64,000 nucleotides of DNA from an uncultured Chloroflexia bacterium. GTDB taxonomy: Bacteria > Chloroflexota > Limnocylindria > Limnocylindrales > CSP1-4. Of this stretch, positions 18,875-27,756 are shown piece by piece (the stretch's first letter is position 1; the number at the start of each line of letters is the position of its first letter). The stretch spans positions 384,973 through 448,972 of the forward strand of contig CAVSXV010000004.1 in NCBI GenBank assembly GCA_963731995.1. Reading direction: 5' to 3'. The notes under the pieces were generated by a model that saw nothing but the letters and a program-made list of their open reading frames with translations, had not been told where the DNA came from and searched no databases. A program made the position numbers and the translations under genes.

Positions 18875-20014
18875 AGGTGCCTGCTCGTGGTCCGGCTGCT
18901 CCGGCGCGTCCGCCTCGAGGTCGGTGGACAGATCCTCCGCGCTCGATGTCGCCCCGCTCGAAGGCCTGCACTCGGTCACGTACGCGCATGGCCATGGCCA
19001 CGAACGGGGCCGAGAGCGTGGCGCCCAGGATGCCGAACAGGACGGAGCCGATGATGGTGGAGCCGAAGCCCGCGATGGGGTGGAGGTCGAGCGCGTTGCG
19101 CTCCATCTGGCGCTGGACGATGGGCTGGACCACGTTCTGGGCCACGAGGATGACGATGAGCATGACCAGGGCGGGCACGATGCCATCGGCGCCAAAGGCG
19201 ATGAGCACCGCGAAGACCGACGAGATCAGCGCGCCGATATAGGGCACGTACGAGGTCACGAAGGTGACCAGGGCGATGGTGAAGCCGAGCGGCACGCTCA
19301 TGAGCACGGCCGCCAGCCAGACCATGCCGGCGACCGGGAGGCTGGCCACGGTGAGCACGTAGAAGTAGTCGCGGAACGAGCGCGTTGCGTCCTCCACGAT
19401 GCCGGCGCCCAGGTCCGGCGGGACACCGAGGTGGGCACCGACCCAGCTCGCGAGCGACTCCCACTCGGCGATGACGTAGTACAGGATGAAGAGCGCGATG
19501 AAGGTGCCCACGAGGAAGCTGCTGATGCCGGAGAAGGCGCCGGGGACGTAGGACAACAGCCCCGGCAGGACCTCATCGCACGAAGTCGGAGAGCTGTGCC
19601 TGAGCGTCATCGATGAGCGTGACCGTGATGCCCTGGTCGGCGAGCCAGTTGCGGCCGGTGTCGATGGCTGCCTGCGTCTGGTCGACGATCTCCGGGGCTT
19701 TGGTCGATGACGCCGATCACCACGACCGCGACGATGATGATGGCCAGCACGAAGATGCCGGCGAGCACAAGCAGCGCCGCCGCCTGTCGCGGCATGAAGC
19801 GGGCGAAGAGCGAGGCCACCGGCTCGAAGATCATGCCCAGCACCACCGCCACCACCAGCGGCAGGATGAACGTGCTGAACGTCGAGAACGCCGTGTAGGC
19901 CACCACCGCCACGGCCACGATGCCCACGATCGACCAGGCGCGGATGCCGGCTGCCCGCAGCTGTCGGTCACGCTCGGGGCTGAAGAGGACGGAACCCCGC
20001 CGCTCCTGGCTCAT
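18866..20014 (-). pseudogene. AI-2E (PerM/YhhT) family transporter, three frameshifts
   Basis: GAGGAG RBS plus ATG 20014: MSQERRGSVLF...FILPLVVAVVLGMIFEPVASLF...VIGVIDQ | APEIVDQTQAAIDTGRNWLADQGITV...LSDFV | DEVLPGLLSYVPGAFSGISSFLVGTFIALFILYYV...SYVPYIGALISSVFAVLIAF...QRQMERNALDLHP... | EDLSTDLEADAPEQPDHEQAPSA*. Changes near 19700, 19578 and 18937. Confidence 0.75.
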
Positions 20015-20506
20015 CGGGAGCTCCTCGTGTGGTGGCGTCCTGCCCATGGTGACCGACGCGGTCTCGGTCTGCGCCGTGGGGATGCGATACAGGAACGCCG
20101 CGAGGATGAGCCCAATAGCGACGAGGGCGAACCGGACAGCCAGCGCATCGACGAGGATCACCGACAACGTGAATGTGACGGCCACCACCATCAGGGCACG
20201 GGTCTTGACGCCGGGCGGCAGCGACCGTGAGCGTCGCCACTCCGTGATGATCGGGCCCAGCGACTTCTGGCCCACGAGCCAGGTATACAGACGTGTCGAA
20301 GCTCGGGCGTAGCAGGCCGCCGTCACCAGCAGGAACGGCGTGGTGGGCAAGAGCGGCAGGACGATCCCGATCACGCCGAGGACGAGGCTGGCCGTGCCCA
20401 CGATGAGCAACAGCGCACGCCACACCGGCGAGATGGTCGACGGGTCGGGCGGTGCCCCGGGCTCGGTGAGGTGGGCGTCGGCGCTGCGGATCATCGCGCC
20501 AATCAT
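20015..20506 (-). CDS. DUF454 (YbaN-like) inner-membrane protein; no stop codon of its own in this frame
   Basis: VWRALLLIVGTASLVLGVIGIVLPLLPTTPFLLVTAACYARASTRLYTWL...GPIITEWRRSRSLPPGVKTRALMVV is the DUF454 pattern. The frame runs without a stop into the AI-2E start at 20014, so the 3' end is uncertain. Confidence 0.6.
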
Positions 20507-20547
20507 GCCGCTAGACAGAGGTGGGCGCTTTGGTCACGATTCGGGCG

Positions 20548-21522
20548 ATGGAGCACATCACGCCTACCGCGGTCGACTCGGTGACCGTCACCACCATCAT
20601 GGACAACAGCGCCGACCTGCTGGCACCAGCCGCGGGCAGGGCGCGCACAGTGGCCTTCACCGGCTCACACCCGGTCTCGCCGGTCATGGAGGACGGCGAG
20701 CAATTCGATGGCCTCGTCGGTGAGCACGGCTTCTCCACGCTGCTCGAGATCCGGCGCGGCGAGCGCACGACGCGGGTCCTCTACGACGCAGGCCTGACAC
20801 CGTTCGGGGTTCGCGACAACCTGCGGCGGCTGGGGATCGACCCGCGGGACATCGAGGCCCTGGTCATGAGCCACGGACACTTCGACCACACCACCGGGCT
20901 CGAAGGCGTCCTGGCCGATCTGGGTCGCTCGGGCAGGCCCATGGTGCTGCACCCGGATTTCTGGTCGCGTCGACGGCTGAAGCTGGAGGGGACGGAGTAC
21001 ATCGAGATCCCCACGCCGTCGCGAGCGTACGTCGAGGGCTCCGGCGTTCGCGTCATCGAGGAAGGGGCGCCATCCCTGCTCTTCGACGCAGGATTGCTGG
21101 TCACCGGTGAGGTCGACCGGACCACGGACTACGAACCCGGCATGCCCAACCAGCAAGCCTGGCGTGGCGGTGAATGGGTCGATGACCACCTCGTCGCTGA
21201 CGACCAGGCCGCGCTCATCAACGTGGCCGGGAAGGGTCTCGTGGTCATCACCGGCTGCGGCCACTCGGGCATCGTCAACATCGTCCGCTACGCCCAGAAG
21301 CTGACCGGCATCGAGCGGATCCATGCGGTCATCGGTGGGTTCCACTTGAGCGGCCAGGTCTACGAGCCGGTCATCGAGCGCGTGGCCGAGACGTTCGCAG
21401 GGTGGTCCCCCGACCTGGTCGTGCCGGCGCACTGCACCGGCTGGAAGGCGCAGGTCGCGCTCTCCGAGCGCCTGCCGGAGGCGTTCTCACCCAACGCGGT
21501 CGGGGCGACCTTCGAGCTTTGA
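20548..21522 (+). CDS. MBL-fold metallo-hydrolase
   Basis: EHGFSTLLEI...LVMSHGHFDHTTGL (HxHxDH motif)...VVITGCGHSGIVN...GGFHL. Start taken at ATG 20548; the ORF is open from 20521. Confidence 0.8.
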   Translation: MEHITPTAVDSVTVTTIMDNSADLLAPAAGRARTVAFTGSHPVSPVMEDGEQFDGLVGEHGFSTLLEIRRGERTTRVLYDAGLTPFGVRDNLRRLGIDPRDIEALVMSHGHFDHTTGLEGVLADLGRSGRPMVLHPDFWSRRRLKLEGTEYIEIPTPSRAYVEGSGVRVIEEGAPSLLFDAGLLVTGEVDRTTDYEPGMPNQQAWRGGEWVDDHLVADDQAALINVAGKGLVVITGCGHSGIVNIVRYAQKLTGIERIHAVIGGFHLSGQVYEPVIERVAETFAGWSPDLVVPAHCTGWKAQVALSERLPEAFSPNAVGATFEL

Positions 21523-21525
21523 CGC

Positions 21526-22572
21526 TCAGGCCAGCGGTACCTCTCCGGGGGCGTGGTCGCGGGCGTAGGCCACGAGCGCGTGCAGGTTCTCCGGCGGTGT
21601 CTCCGGGGCGACCTCGCAGCCGGTGCCGACGACGTGGTTGGGGCCACAGATCCGGTGGCACTCGGCTGCCGCGGCGTACACCTCCTCGGGTGAGCCGGTG
21701 AGCATCTCCTCGACGGTGTTGACGTTGCCCAGGATGACCGCGTCCCGGCCCAGCACCGCGCGGGCGTGGACCAGGTCCACGGGGAAGTCCAGCTCGAAGA
21801 TGTCGACGGGGAGGCGCTTCATGGTCGGCAGCAGGTCGTCGGTGCGGCCACACATGTGCAGGCGCACGATGACGTCGGGTCGAGCGGCCTTGATGTCCTC
21901 GACCACGCGCAGCTGGGCCGGGAAGATGAAGCGCTCGTAGTGACTCGGGCTCATCATCGAGGCGGCCGCGTCCGACATGCCGATGGTGTCGGCACCGGCC
22001 TCGACCTGCGGCCCCCAGTACGCTCGCCCGACCTGCGAAGTGAAGTCGAGGAGCTCGTCGAGGAAGACGGGGTCCTCGTAGGTGTCCATCATCAGCACGC
22101 TCAGGCCACGCATCTCAGCGGCCAACGCCAAGGGCCCCTCGACCCAGCCCACGATGGAGGTGTCCGGACCGGCGGCCTCGCGCATGACCTCGATGGACTC
22201 GATGCGGTCGCGCATGCGTCCCGGAGCCAGCGGATCGGGCACGAACAGGGTCGAGAGTACCGCCTTGTCGAGGACCAGCGCTCGGCTCTCGACGATGGCC
22301 GGCCCGGTCGCGGCCCACTCCACGCTGCTGTCGTCTCCACCGGCGATATCGATGAGCTCCCGGGCAGGATCGGAGCATTGCATGAGGCAGTCGATGCCGT
22401 ATTCGTCGGCCATCGACATCTGCGCCTCGGCCAGGCGCCGGCCGTCGGTGACGTAGTCGTTGTAGTCGAGGCCGGCGTGCCGCGCCGCCAACTGCATGAT
22501 CAGCGGTTGCGCCGGCAGGTGATCGATGGGCTCGCCGGCGATGAGCCCTCGGATGCGCTGCAGACTTCCCAT
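21526..22572 (-). CDS. uroporphyrinogen decarboxylase (URO-D/MtaA-like) family protein
   Basis: Start ATG 22572: MGSLQRIRGLIAGEPIDHLPAQPLIMQLAARHAG...GWVEGPLALAAEMRG...FPAQLRVVEDI...VRLHMCGRT...LDFPVDL...GNVNTVEEMLTGSPEEV. Confidence 0.8.
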   Translation of the reverse strand: MGSLQRIRGLIAGEPIDHLPAQPLIMQLAARHAGLDYNDYVTDGRRLAEAQMSMADEYGIDCLMQCSDPARELIDIAGGDDSSVEWAATGPAIVESRALVLDKAVLSTLFVPDPLAPGRMRDRIESIEVMREAAGPDTSIVGWVEGPLALAAEMRGLSVLMMDTYEDPVFLDELLDFTSQVGRAYWGPQVEAGADTIGMSDAAASMMSPSHYERFIFPAQLRVVEDIKAARPDVIVRLHMCGRTDDLLPTMKRLPVDIFELDFPVDLVHARAVLGRDAVILGNVNTVEEMLTGSPEEVYAAAAECHRICGPNHVVGTGCEVAPETPPENLHALVAYARDHAPGEVPLA

Positions 22573-22633
22573 CGGCTCAGCCTGCGTCAACTCCCGGCTA
22601 TCCGACAGGGCTCTTCGTCCCGTTCTCCGGCAC

Positions 22634-23464
22634 TCAGTCCCCGAGATCGAGGTCCTTGATGCTGAAGCCGCCGGTGACCTGTAGCTGCTTGAGCACGAGG
22701 CTCTCCACGTCGTCGTCCACGATGACGCGGGCGAGCGTGGCCGGCCCCGAGTCCTCCATGCTGGCCTTGCCACCGCCCAGCTGCATGCTCGAGATGGCGA
22801 TGCGCCAGCCGGACACCTGCAGGTCCTTGTCGATGACCGACTCGCCCGCGCACGTTCCGCGGAGCGAGAGGTGGTCGCCCGCTGAGGCCGCTGGCAGGGC
22901 CGCCCCGCTGAGCTGGTACTCGTCGCCGGTCTCGTCATCGCGCAGGTGGCAGGAGTTCAGGCTGGGGGTCGCGATCGAGGCGTCGAGCGACGCTTCCGAA
23001 TCCGCCCAGGCTGGAGGCGCCGCGCCATCCTGCCAGGCGGCGATGTCGTCGATGACGATGCCACCGCTGACCCGCAGGCCGGGGTTGATGTCGAAGCCGT
23101 CCACGCTGGGATCGATGACCAGGGCCGGTCGTCCGTCGCCGCCCCGGATCTTGCCCCTCGGATCGATGCGGTACTGCTTGCCAAGCGGCATCGAGGTGCC
23201 GGGCCAGCCCATGTAGCTGATGTCGAGGCTCTTGTCGATGAGGGTCGTACCGGTGCAGGTGCCCTGGACGAGCAGCGCATCGCCCGGGTCGGCGGCCAGC
23301 ACGGCTCGCTGAAGCGAATCGCGGTCGATGCCCTTGGCGAGGTCGTGGACCTTGCAGTCGTCCTTGGCGGCGGTGGCCACGCTCGCGGGCAGCGCGGATA
23401 CCAGCATCGCGGCTGCAGCCGCTACCGCCAGTACCCGGATGAGCTTCCCGCTCCGCCTGTGCAT
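22634..23464 (-). CDS. secreted hypothetical protein with an internal duplication
   Basis: Signal MHRRSGKLIRVLAVAAAAAMLVSALPASVATAA. Two related modules are present: LLVQGTCTGTTLIDKSLDISYMGW and LSLRGTCAGESVIDKDLQVSGWRI. Confidence 0.65.
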   Translation of the reverse strand: MHRRSGKLIRVLAVAAAAAMLVSALPASVATAAKDDCKVHDLAKGIDRDSLQRAVLAADPGDALLVQGTCTGTTLIDKSLDISYMGWPGTSMPLGKQYRIDPRGKIRGGDGRPALVIDPSVDGFDINPGLRVSGGIVIDDIAAWQDGAAPPAWADSEASLDASIATPSLNSCHLRDDETGDEYQLSGAALPAASAGDHLSLRGTCAGESVIDKDLQVSGWRIAISSMQLGGGKASMEDSGPATLARVIVDDDVESLVLKQLQVTGGFSIKDLDLGD

Positions 23465-23598
23465 GGATGCGTGTCCTCCTGCGCTGGTCGCACCGGACCC
23501 CTCCGGGCGCACCTGAACTTCCACACGGTGCCACATCTTCAGTACTAGTCGAGGCCCCGTACCAAGTTCCCGGTGCCGGTCGGCACCGGGACCTCGGA

Positions 23599-24072
23599 TC
23601 AGTCGGCGACGGGCTTGAAGGCGACGACCGTGCTCGTGTCGGCCAGCTCGCGGCGCATCTGGTCGGAGAAGTCATAGCCGTCGAGCATCCGCGGCAGGGT
23701 CCGCCTCGCTGTGCCGCGGTGCTGCGTCTCGTAGGCCTCGATGACCGTGTAGGCCTCTTCCGGGTCGAGGCAGCGGAACGTCGCACCGCGATAGCGTTGG
23801 CGGCCGTCCCACAGTTCGTCGACCCCGCCGGCCTCGATGTTTCGGAACCAGTCCGCTCGTTTGCCCCAGGCGGAGAACACGAACAGCTCGCCATCGCGGC
23901 GGATGAGCACCTCCAGGCCGGATACATACCGTCGCCCGGACTTCCGCCCGTGGTGGACGATGGCGAAGACTCGGCCGCCGAAGATGAACCCGAGATGGGC
24001 CTGATAGAGCCACACCGGGATCTTGAACCCGAGCTTGACGAGGCTCGAGGGACGTCCTGTTCGAGCGCTCAT
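23599..24072 (-). CDS. nitroreductase-family deazaflavin (F420)-dependent oxidoreductase (DUF385-like)
   Basis: 157 aa: ...FAIVHHGRKSGRRYVSGLEVLIRRDGELFVFSAWGKRADWFRNIEAGG... is the typical split-barrel DUF385 pattern. Confidence 0.75.
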   Translation of the reverse strand: MSARTGRPSSLVKLGFKIPVWLYQAHLGFIFGGRVFAIVHHGRKSGRRYVSGLEVLIRRDGELFVFSAWGKRADWFRNIEAGGVDELWDGRQRYRGATFRCLDPEEAYTVIEAYETQHRGTARRTLPRMLDGYDFSDQMRRELADTSTVVAFKPVAD

Positions 24073-24190
24073 GTGACACCCCCTTCGAACCGATCATAGG
24101 CCGACGCCGACTGCGTTCCTCAGCCGGAGAGACACCAGAGGTCTGGTTGTCGTTCCTGAGGGTTGTGAGACATCGCCTCACGCGGCTAGC

Positions 24191-24345
24191 GGCCAGCGGC
24201 CCACCGCGACGGCCAGCGGCCAGCACCGCGGCGGCCAGCGGCGCATCTCCTGGCGCCGGCCCTGCGGCCAGCGGCCAGCGGCGCATCTCCTGGCGCCGGC
24301 CCTGCGGCCAGCGGCCAGCGGCGCATCTCCTGGCGCCGGCCCTGC
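24191..24345. repeat. GGCCAGC heptamer cluster followed by a perfect 40-bp tandem repeat (2.9 copies)
   Basis: Units 24231-24270, 24271-24310 and 24311-24345 are identical (gcggccagcggcgcatctcctggcgccggccctgcggcca). Each contains GGCGC-n8-GCGCC. GGCCAGC recurs from 24191. Confidence 0.9.
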
Positions 24346-24691
24346 TCCCTCGACGCGGGAGGGCATGTCTGCGCAGTCATTGCACAGAGATCATCGCGGC
24401 CGGGCGTCATGGCGGTACCTGGGCCGACGGCTCCACGCCTGCCGCTGCTGTGCCCACTCATAGCGGGCATGGATCGTGCCACCGCGGCGTGCCCCGTGGC
24501 TCCAAACGCCGCTGATCCCGGCCCGCCGTGCAATGGCTGCGAAGACCTGCGCGGGCACCGGGTCGACCGCCAGACATGGACCGCACGGTCGGCCGTCTGG
24601 GTCCGTGGGCTGCACCGGCAGGCGCCCGTCGACGCGGCCGGTCGGCACCGATGTCTCGGCAGACCCGGGGACTTCAGCTAGCATCGAGTCC

Positions 24692-25021
24692 GTGGCCCGC
24701 CTCGGTCGGTTCCTCGACGTCTCGCTCCCCGTCCTTGCCGCGGTCGTCTTCGTCATCCTCTGGGTCTACGTAGCGCTGGCAGTCCTCACCGACAGCTCGC
24801 TCCCGGCCGATACCTGGGACTGGCTCAGCGGACTCGAGCTGGTCCCGGCGGTCATCGTCTGGCTGGCGCTGCTGCCCCTCGCGGTGTTCCTGTGGGCCTG
24901 GCAAGCCCAGCTCGCGCCGGTGATCTTCGGGCTGGTCATGGCGCTGCTCGTCGGCTGGAGCTTCCTCGCCTGGTCGGGCTTGGTGCGGGCCGTCGCGCGG
25001 CGGCGTCGCCGGTCACACTAG
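24692..25021 (+). CDS. small integral membrane protein (start uncertain)
   Basis: GTG 24692: VARLGRFLDVSLPVLAAVVFVILWVYVALAV...LVPAVIVWLALLPLAVFLWAWQAQLAPVIFGLVMALLVGWSFLAWSGL, giving three hydrophobic helices. The upstream part of ORF 24476-25021 is not protein-like. Confidence 0.5.
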   Translation: MARLGRFLDVSLPVLAAVVFVILWVYVALAVLTDSSLPADTWDWLSGLELVPAVIVWLALLPLAVFLWAWQAQLAPVIFGLVMALLVGWSFLAWSGLVRAVARRRRRSH

Positions 25022-25884
25022 GCGTGCGGCTGGCGGACCACCACCGCGAACTCGGGCAGCGAGGCGTCGTACGTTTCGCCGGCCACGTCGCCGAAGACTT
25101 CGTCCACGACCAGCCCGGCAGCCTCGACCTCGGTGGTCAGCGACTCCAGCGAGTAGTGCTGGAACCAGTTGAAGTACTCCGCCTGGCGCTCGCGCTCGAC
25201 GATGAGATAGTGCTCCAGCACGACCTTCTCCTCGTCATAGCGGAAGGTGTTGAGGAAGCCGTAGTAGGGCTCGGACGACCAGAAGCCATCCATCATGTTC
25301 TGGCTGTAGGCCACCGTCTCCTCCCACGTGTCGTAGAACGCCAGCGAGTTGACGTCGAAGAGGAAGGCGCCGCCCGGGAACAGCAGCTCGCCCACGCGCC
25401 GCAAGAGCCGGCCGCGCTGCACGGGCGAGAGCGCGCAGAAGTCGCACATGATCATCATGGCCAGGTCGTAACCGGTCTCGATGTCCAGCGCCAGGTAGTC
25501 GCCGAGGCGGTAGTCGACGACGAGGCCTTCTCGCTCGGCGCCCGCACGCGCGTAGTCGATCGACCGTGGCGAGAAGTCGACGCCGGTCACCCGGGCGCCC
25601 GAGTGTGCCAGCTGATTGACGTAGAGCCCCGGGCCACAACCCAGGTCGATCACGCGCTTGTCCGCACCGAGCCCGAACTTGGCGACGATCCAGGCCAGCG
25701 AGCGCTCGACGAACTCGGTCCGACGCGAGGCCAGGTCGACCTCCCCGTCGAGGTGATAGCGCAGCATCATCTCGGAGATGTCGGGCGAGGTCCACAGTGC
25801 ATCAGCGGTGTAACGCGAGTACACGTCGGGCCGCGTGTTGATGCGCTCGAGCGTCTCGAAGAGGCTCGTGGTGGTGTCGCTCAT
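25018..25884 (-). CDS. class I SAM-dependent methyltransferase
   Basis: RVIDLGCGPGLYV (motif I), GVDFSPRSI, LFPGGAFLFDV. The ATG overlaps the stop of the upstream MpaB-like gene (ATGA, 25881-25884). Confidence 0.85.
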   Translation of the reverse strand: MSDTTTSLFETLERINTRPDVYSRYTADALWTSPDISEMMLRYHLDGEVDLASRRTEFVERSLAWIVAKFGLGADKRVIDLGCGPGLYVNQLAHSGARVTGVDFSPRSIDYARAGAEREGLVVDYRLGDYLALDIETGYDLAMMIMCDFCALSPVQRGRLLRRVGELLFPGGAFLFDVNSLAFYDTWEETVAYSQNMMDGFWSSEPYYGFLNTFRYDEEKVVLEHYLIVERERQAEYFNWFQHYSLESLTTEVEAAGLVVDEVFGDVAGETYDASLPEFAVVVRQPHA

Positions 25885-26723
25885 GTCGTCTCCAGCGTCT
25901 CGAAGGGTCGTTTCTGCTTGAAGCGGTGCTCGGGGATGGGGCTGCCGGTGCGCTCGAGCGCGATGCGCCAGCGTGGTGAGGCGCCGAGTGCCCAGCGCAT
26001 GACCGCCATCGAGCCCAGGCCGACGGCGTGGGCGCCGGGGCGCGGCTTGAGCGCCAATGCGGTGCGGACCCGGGGCGGGATCGTCGTCACCGCAGCGCTG
26101 GCCAGCACGCGGTAGGCGAAGAGGACGGCCGGGTCGAGCGGCGGCTCGCGCAGGAAGTCGACCGCTTCATGCATGCCGGGGGAGGGCCCGACAGCCGGAT
26201 GCTCGGCGACCCAGCTCGAGAGCTCGGCTGCGGTCTCGGGGATGGGATCGGCGTCGAGCAGCCGGCCGATGCGCGCCTGTTCGGCCACGAATCGATCGGC
26301 CTCCTCGGGGCTCAGATGTCGGGCGCCGTATTCGCGGAAGGCGACCAGGAAGGAGTCGGTCAGCGAGTTGTGGACCCAGGCCGCCAGCGCCGGGGCGTCG
26401 GCAGCGTAGGGCAGGCCGCGATGGGAGACGCCCTCGACCGGCCGGTGCACCCGACGCACGATGGCCACCGCCGCGTGCACCTCGGGCATCGCGCCGAAGG
26501 AGGTGGCCGTGACATAGGCCGAGGTGCGCGACAGCCGGCCCAACGGGTCCTCGCGGTAGCGCGAGTGGTCGGCCACCCCGGCCACGACCTCCGGGTGGGC
26601 GGCCTGCACCAGCAAGGCGCGGATGCCACCGATGAAGCCGGAGACGTCGCCCATGACCTCCCAGCTGATGGAGTCCGGCCCGAACAGCCCGGGATCGCCG
26701 GCGTAGTCGAGGGTGTGCTCCAT
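25881..26723 (-). CDS. MpaB/rubber-oxygenase-like (DUF2236) oxygenase
   Basis: Start ATG 26723: MEHTLDYAGDPGLFGPDSISWEVMGDVSGFIGGIRALLVQAAHPEVVAGVADHSRYREDPLGRLSRTSAYV...VRRVH is the typical DUF2236 N-terminal pattern. Confidence 0.8.
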   Translation of the reverse strand: MEHTLDYAGDPGLFGPDSISWEVMGDVSGFIGGIRALLVQAAHPEVVAGVADHSRYREDPLGRLSRTSAYVTATSFGAMPEVHAAVAIVRRVHRPVEGVSHRGLPYAADAPALAAWVHNSLTDSFLVAFREYGARHLSPEEADRFVAEQARIGRLLDADPIPETAAELSSWVAEHPAVGPSPGMHEAVDFLREPPLDPAVLFAYRVLASAAVTTIPPRVRTALALKPRPGAHAVGLGSMAVMRWALGASPRWRIALERTGSPIPEHRFKQKRPFETLETT

Positions 26724-26847
26724 GGGGTCACCGGCGTGGGCGAAGAGGCTCACGGTCCGGCTGACCATGGTGATGCGGAGGCGTTCGAGTGGGTTCCTGG
26801 TGGGCACGACCACAACTGTAGCCGCGGAGACGGGCATACTCCTGCCC

Positions 26848-27756
26848 ATGCTTGTCGGAGTCGATTGGGGCGGTACCAAGATCGAGGTCGTGGCCATGAC
26901 CGAGGATGGCCTCGAACACTTCCGCCAACGCGTCGATACGCCCCGGGGTGACTACGCCAAGTGCCTGTCCGCGATCGCCGAGCTGGTGGCTCGGGCGGAG
27001 TCGGAGGTCGGGCGCGTCGAGCGCGTGGGCATCGGCATCCCGGGGTCCATCGACCCCGAGACCGGCCTGGGCAAGGGCGCCAGCTCCACCTGGATGATCG
27101 GCCAGCCGGTCGAGGAAGACCTGCGAGCAGCGCTGGACGGGCGCCAGGTCCGGGCCGTCAACGATGCTGACCTGCTGGCCGCGTCAGAGGCGCGTGACGG
27201 CGCCGGCGTCGGCTACCGCGTGGTCTATGCCGCCAACTTCGCGAGCGGTGTGGGCGCCGGCGTGGCCATGGACGGGCGGGCTCACCACGGACCCAACAAC
27301 AACGCGGCCGATTGGGGCCACAACCCACTGCCCTGGCCGAGCGAGGACGAGATCCCCGGTCCGGCCTGCTGGTGCGGTCTGAATGGCTGCATGGAGACGT
27401 GGGTCTCGGGCCGGGCCTTCCAGGCCCAGTACGAGGCCGCCGCCGGCAGCCGTCTCCACGGCTCCGAGATCGTGGCCCTCGCCCGCACCGGTGACGCGCT
27501 CGCCGCAGACCTGCTCGATCGCTACATCGATCGGGTGGCGCGCGGCCTGGCGGTCATCGTCAACGCGCTCGACCCGGACATCTTCGTGCTCGGCGGCGGC
27601 ATGTCCAACGTGGACGAGCTCTACCAGCGCCTGCCGACCGAGATCCTGCAGTACACCTTCACCACCGTCTTCACGACGCCCATCGTGAGGTCGCAGCATG
27701 GCGATTCCAGCGGGGTCCGCGGCGCCGCCTGGCTGTGGGCGGAGGACGCGGAATGA
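26848..27756 (+). CDS. ROK family sugar kinase
   Basis: ATG 26848: MLVGVDWGGTKIEVV...GIGIPGSID...VNDADLLAASE...GVGAGVAMDG...CWCGLNGCMETWVSG (ROK Zn Cys motif)...FVLGGGMS. Confidence 0.85.
   Translation: MLVGVDWGGTKIEVVAMTEDGLEHFRQRVDTPRGDYAKCLSAIAELVARAESEVGRVERVGIGIPGSIDPETGLGKGASSTWMIGQPVEEDLRAALDGRQVRAVNDADLLAASEARDGAGVGYRVVYAANFASGVGAGVAMDGRAHHGPNNNAADWGHNPLPWPSEDEIPGPACWCGLNGCMETWVSGRAFQAQYEAAAGSRLHGSEIVALARTGDALAADLLDRYIDRVARGLAVIVNALDPDIFVLGGGMSNVDELYQRLPTEILQYTFTTVFTTPIVRSQHGDSSGVRGAAWLWAEDAE

Noticed and set aside
12040-19710. Programmed ribosomal frameshifting, or transcriptional slippage, as an explanation for the broken opp/LysR/AI-2E genes.
   Set aside because: There are about 24 sites of both signs in seven genes, none with an X XXY YYZ slippery heptamer or a downstream structure that I can see. 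That is far too many and too irregular for a programmed mechanism.
24191-24345. Possible CRISPR array (40-bp repeats), and likewise the 12-mer array at 9784-9956.
   Set aside because: The 40-bp units are directly abutting with no spacers, and the 12-mers are too short and degenerate. No cas genes are present in the window.
24391-24650. Possible decayed tyrosine-recombinase fragment on the minus strand (AGISGVWSHGARRGGTIHA faintly resembles the ..G..SAHGLRKAGAT.. box of some integrases). This would mark an island boundary.
   Set aside because: The resemblance covers only about 12 residues and the rest of the frame is not protein-like. There is no tRNA, direct repeat pair or other mobile-element gene nearby. 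The evidence is too weak to report as a feature.
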